A stretch of DNA of 55,702 bases from Candidatus Bipolaricaulia bacterium (GTDB lineage: Bacteria; Bipolaricaulota; Bipolaricaulia; JBHIAT01), in the NCBI GenBank assembly GCA_046758705.1, contig JBHIAT010000003.1:1-55702 (forward strand), in the 5' to 3' direction. The notes under the pieces were generated by a model. That model saw nothing but the letters and a program-made list of their open reading frames with translations, did no database searches and was not told the DNA's origin. The stretch's first letter is position 1, and every line of letters begins with the position of its first letter. Positions 18,696 through 27,257 of this stretch are shown piece by piece. A program made the position numbers and the translations under genes.

Positions 18696-18783
18696 TGGCG
18701 GAGGGGGTGGGATTCGAACCCACGGAACTTTGCAGTTCGCCGGTTTTCAAGACCGGTGGTTTCGTCCGCTCACCCACCCCTCC
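18696..18783 (-). tRNA. tRNA-Ser (anticodon UGA), CCA encoded
   Basis: Reverse complement GGAGGGGTGGGTGAGCGGACGAAACCACCGGTCTTGAAAACCGGCGAACTGCAAAGTTCCGTGGGTTCGAATCCCACCCCCTCCGCCA. Anticodon stem CCGGT/ACCGG, loop CTTGAAA. Confidence 0.9.
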
Positions 18784-18788
18784 GAAGG

Positions 18789-18871
18789 CAGTTTAAAAGT
18801 TTAAAGGTTCAAAAGTTCTAAAGTTGTTTAATCCTTTAACTTTTAACTTTTTAACTTTTTAACTTTCAACC
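18789..18871. repeat. AT-rich inverted AAAGTT/AACTTT repeat pair between tRNA-Ser(UGA) and the mnmA 3' end
   Basis: Left arm cagtttaaaagtttaaaggttcaaaagttctaaagtt. Right arm cctttaacttttaactttttaactttttaactttcaacc. The right arm is read through by the last ~8 codons of the mnmA ORF (..KVKKLKS). Confidence 0.7.
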
Positions 18872-19940
18872 GTATTATCCCGCCGCCGAAGACCCGATCG
18901 CCTTGATAGAAGACGGCGACCTGACCCGGGGTGACCGCCCGCTGCGGCTTGTTGAAGATCACTTCGACCTGATCGTCTTCATGGGGCCGCAGGGTGGCAC
19001 CGACCTCAGGGCTCCGGTAGCGGATCTTGGCCGTGACCGATTGTGGCTCATCCAGCCGGTTGACGTAAACGAAGCTCGGTTCGGAGACGATCAACCCCGT
19101 CGCATACAGATCCTGTTCACCTCCGACGACGACCCGGTTGCGCTCGGGGTCGAGTTCGACAACGTAGGTCCGCCTCCCGCTCCCGATACTTACTCCCACG
19201 CCCAGACCGCGACGCTGGCCGATCGTATAGAACGGAACGCCCTCGTGCTCACCGATCACGTTCCCGTCGAGATCGACGATCTCCCCACGACGGATCTGTC
19301 CGTTGGCCATCTCACGAAGCGTGCTGTGGTAATCGCCGTTGATGAAGCACAGGTCTTGGCTCTCCGGCTCCCGGGCCGAGATCAAACCCTGCTCTTCGGC
19401 GATCCGACGCACCTCCTCCTTGGTGTAATCGCCGATGGGGAAAAGCACATCGGCCAGCTGGTCCTGGGTGAGGGTGTACAGGACGTAGGATTGGTCCTTG
19501 ACCTCATCGACGCCCTTCTTCAAGTAGTATGTGCTTCCCGCACGCTCCACCCGGGCGTGGTGGCCGGTCGCCAGATAATCGAATCCCATCTTCCGGGCGT
19601 GCTCCAGCATAAGTCCGAAGCGGATATGCCGGTTGCAACGGACGCACGGGTTAGGGGTCCGGCCGGCAAGGTACGCCTCGGTGAACGGATCGACGATCCA
19701 CTTTTTGAACCGTTGGCTCTCATCGACCCACTCATGGGGGATACCGATCTGTTTGGCCGCCAGCCCGGCGACGTCGATGGCACAGCAACCGTTGTACGGT
19801 CCGGTCTCAGGCCCTCCGGGATAGCCCCACAGCCAGAAGGTGATCCCGGCAACGTCATACCCCTGCTCCTTTAACAGAAAGGCGGCGACCGCGCTGTCGA
19901 CCCCCCCACTCATTGCAACAAGTACTTTCTCATCAGCCAT
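18843..19940 (-). CDS. mnmA: tRNA 2-thiouridine(34) synthase
   Basis: PP-loop motif VAMSGGVDSAVAA, then CNRHIRFG and the rest of the typical MnmA pattern. I prefer the start at MADEKVLVAMSGG (ATG 19940) over the track start at 20036. Confidence 0.85.
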   Translation of the reverse strand: MADEKVLVAMSGGVDSAVAAFLLKEQGYDVAGITFWLWGYPGGPETGPYNGCCAIDVAGLAAKQIGIPHEWVDESQRFKKWIVDPFTEAYLAGRTPNPCVRCNRHIRFGLMLEHARKMGFDYLATGHHARVERAGSTYYLKKGVDEVKDQSYVLYTLTQDQLADVLFPIGDYTKEEVRRIAEEQGLISAREPESQDLCFINGDYHSTLREMANGQIRRGEIVDLDGNVIGEHEGVPFYTIGQRRGLGVGVSIGSGRRTYVVELDPERNRVVVGGEQDLYATGLIVSEPSFVYVNRLDEPQSVTAKIRYRSPEVGATLRPHEDDQVEVIFNKPQRAVTPGQVAVFYQGDRVFGGGIIRLKVKKLKS

Positions 19941-20081
19941 AGCAATCGCAGGATATTTTAGCAAACCGAGCCGGTTCCGACAAGGATTCCAACTCGATGA
20001 GCCATCTGGGTTCACGTTTTGACAAACCAATTTCACGCAGTATAAAACTGTAACAGCGTCAAGGAGAAAAGGAGAAGAGAT

Positions 20082-21263
20082 ATGCTGAAAACGGCCGATG
20101 TGGTGATCATTGGTGGCGGCGTCATGGGAGCCAGTATCGCTTTCAACTTAGCCGAGAGGGGAGTAATAAATATAGCCCTTCTGGAAAAAGATGCGCTCGC
20201 TTCCGGATCAACCGGCAAATCTAGCGCCATAATTCGCACGCATTACTCGCATGAAGTGACGGCAAAGATGGCGCTGAACAGCCTTAAAGAGTTCCAGGAT
20301 TTTGCCGATAGAGTGGGAGGAACAGCAGATTTCGTCAAGACAGGTTTTGTCGTGATCGTATCTAAGAACGACATCAAAAATCTGGAAGAAAATGTGCAGA
20401 TGCAGAGAGAGATAGGAATCAATACTCAAGTGATCTCTGCGGAAGAGCTCAAAGAGTTCCAACCCTATCTCTCAACCGATGATTTTGCCACGGCAGCTTT
20501 CGAACCTGATTCGGGCTATGCTGATCCGGCTGCGACAACTTACTCCTATGCTCGACGGGCGCAAGACTTAGGGGCAAAGATTTACCAAGGGACACCCGCG
20601 ATCTCTATACAGCTGAGAAGTGACAAAGTGAACTCCGTCACCACGCCTCAGGGCTCCATCGCAAGCCCCATCGTTGTAAATGCTGCTGGACCCTGGTCTG
20701 CAATGCTTGCGGAACCAGTTGGAGTAGAGCTTCCTTTCGTGGTCAGTCGCGCACAGGTCGCAAACATTCAAAGGCCACCGGAATTTGCGGAAAGATACCA
20801 TCCAGTATATGCCGACTTCATTCACAGTATCTACCTCAAACCTGAGGAAGGGCAGCAAACTATTGTTGGCTCGATCAGTGCCGAAGAAGCAGAGGATCGC
20901 GTACAAGATCCAGATAACTATAAGGATTCGGTCGATGAAGCCTTTAAAGTTGAGGTGACTGAAAAGGTATGTCAGCGTTTCCCTGCATTCAGGTCAGGCT
21001 TATTCAAGGGGGGCTGGGCCGGTCTGTACACTATATCTCCCGATTGGCATCCGGTGATCGATCAAGTGGGTCCGGAAGGATTCTATTGCGTCTCAGGTTT
21101 TAGCGGCCATGGCTTCAAGCTAGCTCCTGCGATCGGTGATATGGTGGCCGAGTTGATCATTGACGGAAGATCTTCTGATATAAATGCTTCCTTTTTCAGT
21201 GCAAGCAGATTTGCAGATGCCAGGCCGATCAAAGGCAAGTATGAATATAGTATTCTGGGTTAA
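20082..21263 (+). CDS. FAD-dependent oxidoreductase (DAO / sarcosine oxidase beta-like)
   Basis: 393 aa. N-terminal dinucleotide fold ADVVIIGGGVMGASIAFNLAERG. C-terminal GFSGHGFKLAPAIG, typical of the DAO family. Confidence 0.75.
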   Translation: MLKTADVVIIGGGVMGASIAFNLAERGVINIALLEKDALASGSTGKSSAIIRTHYSHEVTAKMALNSLKEFQDFADRVGGTADFVKTGFVVIVSKNDIKNLEENVQMQREIGINTQVISAEELKEFQPYLSTDDFATAAFEPDSGYADPAATTYSYARRAQDLGAKIYQGTPAISIQLRSDKVNSVTTPQGSIASPIVVNAAGPWSAMLAEPVGVELPFVVSRAQVANIQRPPEFAERYHPVYADFIHSIYLKPEEGQQTIVGSISAEEAEDRVQDPDNYKDSVDEAFKVEVTEKVCQRFPAFRSGLFKGGWAGLYTISPDWHPVIDQVGPEGFYCVSGFSGHGFKLAPAIGDMVAELIIDGRSSDINASFFSASRFADARPIKGKYEYSILG

Positions 21264-21289
21264 CATCAAACAAATAGGAGGGGTATACT

Positions 21290-21871
21290 TTGCCAGAAGA
21301 GACGGTATGGGACGCCTTGATCGTCGGTGGGGGGCCGGCAGGCCTGTCGGCCGCAATCTTTACCAGCAAAGCGGGCAAAAAGACGCTAGTGATTGACTGG
21401 GGTCGAACGACCCTGCACAGTGCCTACCTCAAAAACTACTTCGGCTATCCAGAATCGATCCTTGGGGACGACCTGTTGGAGAAAGGTCAGCGTCAAGCGA
21501 GGCAGTTCGGCGCCAAGATCATTTCAGACAAGGTCGAAGGGCTGAGGCGTGACGGCGACTTGTTCGAGGTGGTCACCGAGGAAAACGTTTTTAAAGGAAG
21601 AAACCTGATCCTGGCATCCGGGCCACTCGTCGACTACGCCAAGACACTTGGCGTCGAAGTCGTGGACGCGATCAAACCCAAGCAGGTGATCAAGGTCGAT
21701 CGCTACAACCGGACGAACGTCTCCGGTGTCTACGCGGCGGGCCATGGCGCCGGACTTCCCAGCCAGGCGATCGTCGCCGCTGGAGACGGGGCGAACGCGG
21801 CCATCACTTTGCTGAGCGACTTGGAGGGGGAGCTGTACGTCGACCATGACAAGCCCCCGAAGGAAAAATAG
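21290..21871 (+). CDS. short FAD-binding thioredoxin-reductase-like oxidoreductase
   Basis: 193 aa, TTG start. DALIVGGGPAGLSAAIF and C-terminal GVYAAGHGAG motifs. Too short to hold a full NADPH domain. Confidence 0.6.
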   Translation: MPEETVWDALIVGGGPAGLSAAIFTSKAGKKTLVIDWGRTTLHSAYLKNYFGYPESILGDDLLEKGQRQARQFGAKIISDKVEGLRRDGDLFEVVTEENVFKGRNLILASGPLVDYAKTLGVEVVDAIKPKQVIKVDRYNRTNVSGVYAAGHGAGLPSQAIVAAGDGANAAITLLSDLEGELYVDHDKPPKEK

Positions 21872-21874
21872 AGC

Positions 21875-22234
21875 GTGGACAAACGACTCAACCAGGGGAT
21901 CGAACTGTTCAACACTAGAAAATTCTTCGAGAGCCACGAGGCTCTGGAGGACCTGTGGCGGGAGGGCGGGACGTTTGCCGATCTGTACCAGGGGATCATC
22001 AAGGCAGCCGCCGCCTTCTATCATCTGAAGCGCGGCAACTTCTACGGTGCGAAGAAGAAACTTTCAGAGGGACTGATCCAACTTCGGCCCTACGGTGATA
22101 CGGCCCAAGGGATCGATCTGAGATCGTTTGTTGACGACCTGGAGGCTGCTTTGACACACATCATCCGAACCGAGGCAGGTGAGGAACCGCTCGATTTGGA
22201 CCGCATCCCTCAGATTCATTTAGATCAAGAATAA
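21875..22234 (+). CDS. DUF309 domain protein
   Basis: 119 aa. LFNTRKFFESHEALEDLW...FYHLKRGN pattern characteristic of DUF309. Confidence 0.6.
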   Translation: MDKRLNQGIELFNTRKFFESHEALEDLWREGGTFADLYQGIIKAAAAFYHLKRGNFYGAKKKLSEGLIQLRPYGDTAQGIDLRSFVDDLEAALTHIIRTEAGEEPLDLDRIPQIHLDQE

Positions 22235-22235
22235 A

Positions 22236-23222
22236 TCAACCGGTCTCCTCGACCGCCTGGCGGGCGGCATGTAGGTTCGCTTCAGGCGCGGTCACCGGGG
22301 TGACGCATCCCGCTCCGATGATCACCCGTCGTCCCTCTGTTTGGGCCAGGGCATCGGCAATCTCGGCTCGGACATCGTCCGGGCTGCCGTGAAGCAATGT
22401 GTCCCATTCGTTCAGGCCGCCGAGCACCGCTCCGGAGACCCTGGCTAAAGCATCGGCCAACGTCGGCTCAGTACGGCGATCGTGCCAGTTGACGATCCCG
22501 GCCGGATAGTCAGCAAGCAGGTCGAACATGATGTGGACGCCGTGGATGTGGAGGAGGATCGGATCGGCTTCATCCGTGATGGCGTCCAACACCTGTCGAT
22601 CGTAGGCAACCCCGAACGTCCGATACTCCACCTCGGTGAGCAGATCGGTGGTGGCAAGCTGGGTGGCGAAGAAGATCCCGTCGGCACCGGTCTTCACAGA
22701 TGCCCGGGCGAAGGCGGTGGTCGTCTCAGCGATCGTCTTCAGACCGGCGTGGAGATCCTCAGGGTGGTGCCGTAGATCTTCCAGCCAGCGGTCCCCTGAA
22801 AGATTCCAGGCGATAGTCAGCGGACTGAAGATCGTTTCCAGGATGGGGGCGTCCCCGCCGAGCGCATCCCGGATCCGCTGCAGTGCCTCCAGTTCGCGGC
22901 CCAACACCCCTTCATCGGGGTTCAGGATTGGAAGCCGACTCCAGTCCGCGCGATCATTTACCGGCCGGCTGCGGTAGTCACGCGTTCCCTCATCGTTGTC
23001 CGCATAGATCAGTTCGGCTCCCCAGGCCTCGGCCGGATAACCGGCGACCGGGGTGACTTTCACCAGATCGAAATCGTATTTCCGTTGGAAATCGACGACC
23101 GCCCGAGAAAACCCTTCGGCTGTGGCATCGTCATGGGGGAAATGTCGCCACAGGGCGATCGGGGCCCGATCGACCGGCTCCCCACGCATAGCGGCTTGAA
23201 TCCGCTCCTGATGCGTCATCAC
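22236..23222 (-). CDS. uroporphyrinogen decarboxylase (URO-D) family protein
   Basis: 328 aa. Pattern resembles URO-D/MtaA-like methyltransferase family members (PIALWRHFP, FDLVKVTP). By-eye call. Confidence 0.55.
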   Translation of the reverse strand: MMTHQERIQAAMRGEPVDRAPIALWRHFPHDDATAEGFSRAVVDFQRKYDFDLVKVTPVAGYPAEAWGAELIYADNDEGTRDYRSRPVNDRADWSRLPILNPDEGVLGRELEALQRIRDALGGDAPILETIFSPLTIAWNLSGDRWLEDLRHHPEDLHAGLKTIAETTTAFARASVKTGADGIFFATQLATTDLLTEVEYRTFGVAYDRQVLDAITDEADPILLHIHGVHIMFDLLADYPAGIVNWHDRRTEPTLADALARVSGAVLGGLNEWDTLLHGSPDDVRAEIADALAQTEGRRVIIGAGCVTPVTAPEANLHAARQAVEETG

Positions 23223-23465
23223 TTATCCTTCCTCCTCTACAAATTCAGGTCCCAGCACCTCGTGAAGCAACTCCCGGGCCCTGACTTCATCCTGGATCGG
23301 TACGGCGATTCGAATCTCCGCCAGCCCGCCGATCGTGAACTCAAAGACCGAGTGAGTGATGTTCGAGATCAGCCGGCTGGGGATGTCGTGATCGTTGAGC
23401 AGATCCTCGATCATCCGGGCTTCGATATCACTCGAGGTCGTGTAGATGGTGACAAACTCCGCCAT
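23223..23465 (-). CDS. DUF2007-like small protein
   Basis: 80 aa. N-terminal FVTIYTTSSDIEARMIEDLLNDHDIPS pattern typical of the putative signal-transducing DUF2007 fold. Abuts the URO-D gene start. Confidence 0.5.
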   Translation of the reverse strand: MAEFVTIYTTSSDIEARMIEDLLNDHDIPSRLISNITHSVFEFTIGGLAEIRIAVPIQDEVRARELLHEVLGPEFVEEEG

Positions 23466-23480
23466 TCTCGACCCTTCCTT

Positions 23481-24923
23481 TCAGTAGGCTTTCGCGAGCA
23501 CGACCTGTTCCTTGGCCTCGTTGTCACAGTAGATGCAGCCACCGGTGCCCTCCGGCTGATCGAAGGGGATGCAGCGGATCGTCGCTTTCGTCTCCTCCTT
23601 GATCGCTGTCTCACAGTCGGCCGAGCCACACCACCAAGCGACGAGGAAGCCGCCCTGCTCGTCAATGATCCGCTTGAACGCCTCGAAATCCTCAGGCTCG
23701 TGGGTGTTCTCCTGTTGGAATCGCAACGCTCGGTCGAACAGGTTTTGCTGGATCTCCTCGAGCAGTTTGTGTACCTGGCTGCTCAGTTCGGTCTGGGCGA
23801 CGGTCAGCTTCTCCCCGGTATCGCGTCGGACGAGCACCACCTGTTCGTTCGCGACATCCTGGGGACCGATCTCGATGCGGAGCGGCACCCCCTTCTGTTC
23901 CCACTCGTTGAACTTCCAACCGGGGGAGTACTCATCCCGATCATCGACCTCCAAAGCGACCTGATCACCCAACCGCTCTTTGATCTCGGCAACGACGTTC
24001 ATCACCGGGTCTCGCTCGCGGTCATCTCCCCAGATAGGGACGACCACCACCTGGATTGGGGTAAGCCGGGGCGGCAGAACTAGCCCCTGATCGTCGCCGT
24101 GGACCATCACGATCGCTCCGATGACCCGGGTGCTGAGCCCCCAGCTCGTCTGCCATACGTATTGAAGCTCGTTGCTGCGATCCTGATACTGGATTCCGAA
24201 GGCGCGGGCGAAGTTCTGCCCCAGGTTGTGCGAGGTCGCCCCCTGGAGCGCCCGTCGGTCGCCCATCATCGCCTCGATCGCGTAAGTGTGCACTGCGCCG
24301 GCGAACTTCTCCGACTCGCTCTTCCGGCCGACGAGCACCGGGATGGCCGCGTACTCTTCGCCGAATTTCCTATAGATCTCCAACATCTGGAGTGCTTCCT
24401 CTTCAGCTTCCGCTTCAGTGGCATGGGCGGTGTGCCCCTCCTGCCACAGGAACTCCAGTGTCCGCAAAAATAGCCGGGGCCGGAGCTCCCAACGGACGAT
24501 GTTGCACCACTGGTTGATGAGCAGCGGCAGGTCCCGATAGGAGCGGATCCACTTGGAGAGCGTCGCGTTGATGATCGTCTCGGAGGTGGGTCGGACGATG
24601 AGCGGTTCCTCCAGCCGCTTGCCACCGCCGTGGGTCACGACCGCCAGCTCCGGGGCGAACCCCTCGACGTGCTCCGCCTCCTTCTTAATGAAGCTCTCCG
24701 GGATGAGAAGCGGGAAGTACACGTTACGGTGGCCGGTCTCCTTGAACATCCGGTCGAGCGTTCCCTGAATCTTCTCCCACAGGGCGTAGCCGTGGGGCCG
24801 GATCACCATAGAGCCTCGAGTCGGTGCGTAGTCGGCCAGCTCCGACTTCTGGACGACGTCGGTGTACCAGCGGGCGTAGTCCTCGCTCTTGGGCGTGACC
24901 TGTTTGTCCTCCGCTCTGCTCAT
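23481..24923 (-). CDS. proS: proline--tRNA ligase (archaeal/eukaryote-like class IIa form)
   Basis: Start placed at MSRAEDKQVTPKSEDYARWY (ATG 24923). Class II motifs (FRDE-like LRPRLFLRTLEFLWQEGHTAH, GATSHNLGQNF) and a C-terminal Zn-binding domain WCGSADCE..CIYCD. Confidence 0.85.
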   Translation of the reverse strand: MSRAEDKQVTPKSEDYARWYTDVVQKSELADYAPTRGSMVIRPHGYALWEKIQGTLDRMFKETGHRNVYFPLLIPESFIKKEAEHVEGFAPELAVVTHGGGKRLEEPLIVRPTSETIINATLSKWIRSYRDLPLLINQWCNIVRWELRPRLFLRTLEFLWQEGHTAHATEAEAEEEALQMLEIYRKFGEEYAAIPVLVGRKSESEKFAGAVHTYAIEAMMGDRRALQGATSHNLGQNFARAFGIQYQDRSNELQYVWQTSWGLSTRVIGAIVMVHGDDQGLVLPPRLTPIQVVVVPIWGDDRERDPVMNVVAEIKERLGDQVALEVDDRDEYSPGWKFNEWEQKGVPLRIEIGPQDVANEQVVLVRRDTGEKLTVAQTELSSQVHKLLEEIQQNLFDRALRFQQENTHEPEDFEAFKRIIDEQGGFLVAWWCGSADCETAIKEETKATIRCIPFDQPEGTGGCIYCDNEAKEQVVLAKAY

Positions 24924-24963
24924 CGTCTTCACCCTCCTCTTCCGGTTCGTGGATATCCTCGAC

Positions 24964-24992
24964 AAGATAGCAACTCGATGGAGAAATTTCAA
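24964..24992 (-). promoter_or_regulatory. candidate proS promoter
   Basis: On the minus strand, TTGAAA (24992-24987), 17 nt, TATCTT (24969-24964), about 40 nt upstream of the proS ATG. The -35 lies inside a 19-mer that recurs at 30167-30185. Confidence 0.3.
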
Positions 24993-25053
24993 CGGGGTTT
25001 AAGGGTTAGGCGAAGCGGTGGTGGGTATCATTGTCTGAGGTCTTTTGACTCCG

Positions 25054-25992
25054 TTACGCCCCGATGGCTTGACGGATCGCTTCGATTTGCGGCAGATGGT
25101 GACGCTCGTGCCTGGCAAAGTAACCGGCCTGCTGCAGAATCGTCACCTGGACAAACTCCTCGTGCTGGCCGGTGCGCCACCAGTCTTGCGCAGACAGCTC
25201 CTTTAGCCGCTCTACTGTGGCCTGACGCGAGATCCGGAAGCGCTTCAGGATCTCCCGCACCGACAGGGATTCTTCAGTCCCGGCGGTCCAGGCCGCTACG
25301 CTCTCCAACGATGGGTTGTCTTCCGCCAGCATCTTCTCGACGCGGCCAGCCAGGAGCCCCTGTGCAACCAGCAAGTGCCAGAGCACGTTTCGGATCGCCC
25401 ACTCGCCGGGTCGCGGGGGCTGTGCCATTTGCTCTTCGCTTAACCCGTTGATGAGCTCTTCCACTTCGTCAGGTGTAGAGGCCAGAGCTGCTAAGACCTG
25501 CTGTGGAGGAAGCGGTTCCAGAAAGTACACGGGTGGAAACTCACGGAGGGTGAGCGCGCGAGCACCACAGGTCGGACATCGCTGTGGAGCCTGGCCGAGG
25601 ATGATCTCGCCGCATATGCGACAGACAAACACCTCCGGGATTTCAGTCCAGGGGATGGTGCGATCCTCTCGGGCCCCCTGCCGCCCATGTTGGAGCGCGG
25701 TGATCAGTTGCGGCTTGACACCTGCTGCCGTCAGCACATTGATCACGGTTTCTATTTCGCGGTCGAGCTCATCGGGGTCCATTGCGCGATCGAGCTCATC
25801 GGTCCCGATGGGCACCCCGAACTCATTACTGGCACGAATCTCCTCGGAGAACGCCGCCGCCCAGAAGAGTTTGGCTGCGTTGTAATATCCTCCCGCCTCT
25901 AACGCCCTAGCCACCCGCACTAAGCGGATTAAATGCTCATAGCGCATTGCGTTTGGGTCCACTGAAGTCATCGTACTCCTCCTTTCACTCAA
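25054..25992 (-). CDS. DinB-family protein with an internal rubredoxin-like zinc ribbon
   Basis: 312 aa. CRICGE...CPTCG ribbon mid-protein. C-terminal DinB-type four-helix His motifs (NVLWHLL.., ARHERHHLPQI). Confidence 0.6.
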   Translation of the reverse strand: MSERRSTMTSVDPNAMRYEHLIRLVRVARALEAGGYYNAAKLFWAAAFSEEIRASNEFGVPIGTDELDRAMDPDELDREIETVINVLTAAGVKPQLITALQHGRQGAREDRTIPWTEIPEVFVCRICGEIILGQAPQRCPTCGARALTLREFPPVYFLEPLPPQQVLAALASTPDEVEELINGLSEEQMAQPPRPGEWAIRNVLWHLLVAQGLLAGRVEKMLAEDNPSLESVAAWTAGTEESLSVREILKRFRISRQATVERLKELSAQDWWRTGQHEEFVQVTILQQAGYFARHERHHLPQIEAIRQAIGA

Positions 25993-26165
25993 GCCTATCC
26001 AGAGACGAAGCCCAAAGCAACAACCGTGCGCGCGGAACTGGATGAAGTTGCTTCACCTTCCTGATATGGATTATCATTATTTAATTTAAGTCAGTCGGTC
26101 GGTGAAACAGCCGACAAATATAATTAAGAGTACCGGGACAACTGGTAACTAGAGGGTGTATCTGG

Positions 26166-27257
26166 ATGAACTTCACAGGGCGGAGCTTACCGTGGTCTCT
26201 GGCTTTTATACTCTCGGTCCTGAACACCATCTTCCTGGTGCTTCCTGTCTTTGCCGGAGCGGATCTGACCGGGATTAGTATCGGCATCGACCTCTCCCAC
26301 AACCAGGGCGGCCAGCAGGGGAAGGTGCTCACCGACTACACCATCATCCAGGGGGACCTGGAGAGCCGGGGGGCGACGATAGCGTTCCATGACCCCCCTG
26401 GCCTTTATCCTTTTGCTTTTGGGGCGCTTTACCAGCACGATATCTGGTGGATAGAAGAAGATTGGGAAAGCATCTTTCCCTGGTACGAGAAAACCGGCCT
26501 TGCTCAGTACGTTCAGGACGGGGGTTGCCTCTTTCTCAACGGCGATCAACACGGTTTGCTCGACCCCCCAGAGCATGGAGCCATCAACGCCCTTTTTGGG
26601 TTCCCTTACGGGAATGCACCGGGCAATCCTGGCAAGACACAGAACCTTTCCACCCACCCCATCACGCTGGGGGTGTTCTCGGCGTTCGTTCCCGGTCCCG
26701 AGCAACATTTATCAATCCCAATCCAGCTCATGGCAGTTAGAGACCTGGGAGGCTATGCGATCGTGGGGATAGCCACGATGGGACAGGGGCGGGTCATCGT
26801 CTCCGCCGACGAGAAGATCATCGCAGACCCGTGGATAAACCTTGAGTATAACCGGCAGTTGGCCAACAACATCTTTGACTGGTGTGTGGCGGATCCCATC
26901 GAGCTGGTGGGCCTGGAGGTGAACCAGTCCATCCAGGACCTGGAAGATAGCGTCTTCATGGTGAAGGACAAGACCACCATCGTCAGGGCCCATATAAAGC
27001 CCAGGCGCTACCGCCCCGGTGCCTATTGGTACTTCGACCTCGACGTCCCTGACGTGGTGTTGGAGCTCAATGGATGGCGTAACGGAAAGCTTATGCCCTA
27101 CTCTCCCTTGCAGATGATCTGCTCCCCGTCTTGCATCGGCATGGTGGCCAGGGCCAACGCCCTGAAAAGACGCGAGAACTTTTTCGACGATCCCCCTCTT
27201 TACCCTGCCAGCAGCGCCAACTTCTTGCTGCCCCCCCTTGGCTGTGGGGAACCATAG
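26166..27257 (+). CDS. N-terminal segment of a secreted zinc metalloprotease (frame 0 part, ends just after a C7 run)
   Basis: 363 aa. Signal-peptide-like start (LAFILSVLNTIFLVLPVFAGA). The reading frame terminates 20 nt after the C7 homopolymer at 27231-27237, and the protein continues in the overlapping frame. Confidence 0.6.
   Translation: MNFTGRSLPWSLAFILSVLNTIFLVLPVFAGADLTGISIGIDLSHNQGGQQGKVLTDYTIIQGDLESRGATIAFHDPPGLYPFAFGALYQHDIWWIEEDWESIFPWYEKTGLAQYVQDGGCLFLNGDQHGLLDPPEHGAINALFGFPYGNAPGNPGKTQNLSTHPITLGVFSAFVPGPEQHLSIPIQLMAVRDLGGYAIVGIATMGQGRVIVSADEKIIADPWINLEYNRQLANNIFDWCVADPIELVGLEVNQSIQDLEDSVFMVKDKTTIVRAHIKPRRYRPGAYWYFDLDVPDVVLELNGWRNGKLMPYSPLQMICSPSCIGMVARANALKRRENFFDDPPLYPASSANFLLPPLGCGEP

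Noticed and set aside
25780-25830. Short tandem duplication (cgagctcatcgg twice) in the DinB-family gene, encoding DELDR..DELDR
   Set aside because: It is in frame, small and within a linker-like region. This is probably trivial slippage with no evidence of functional significance.
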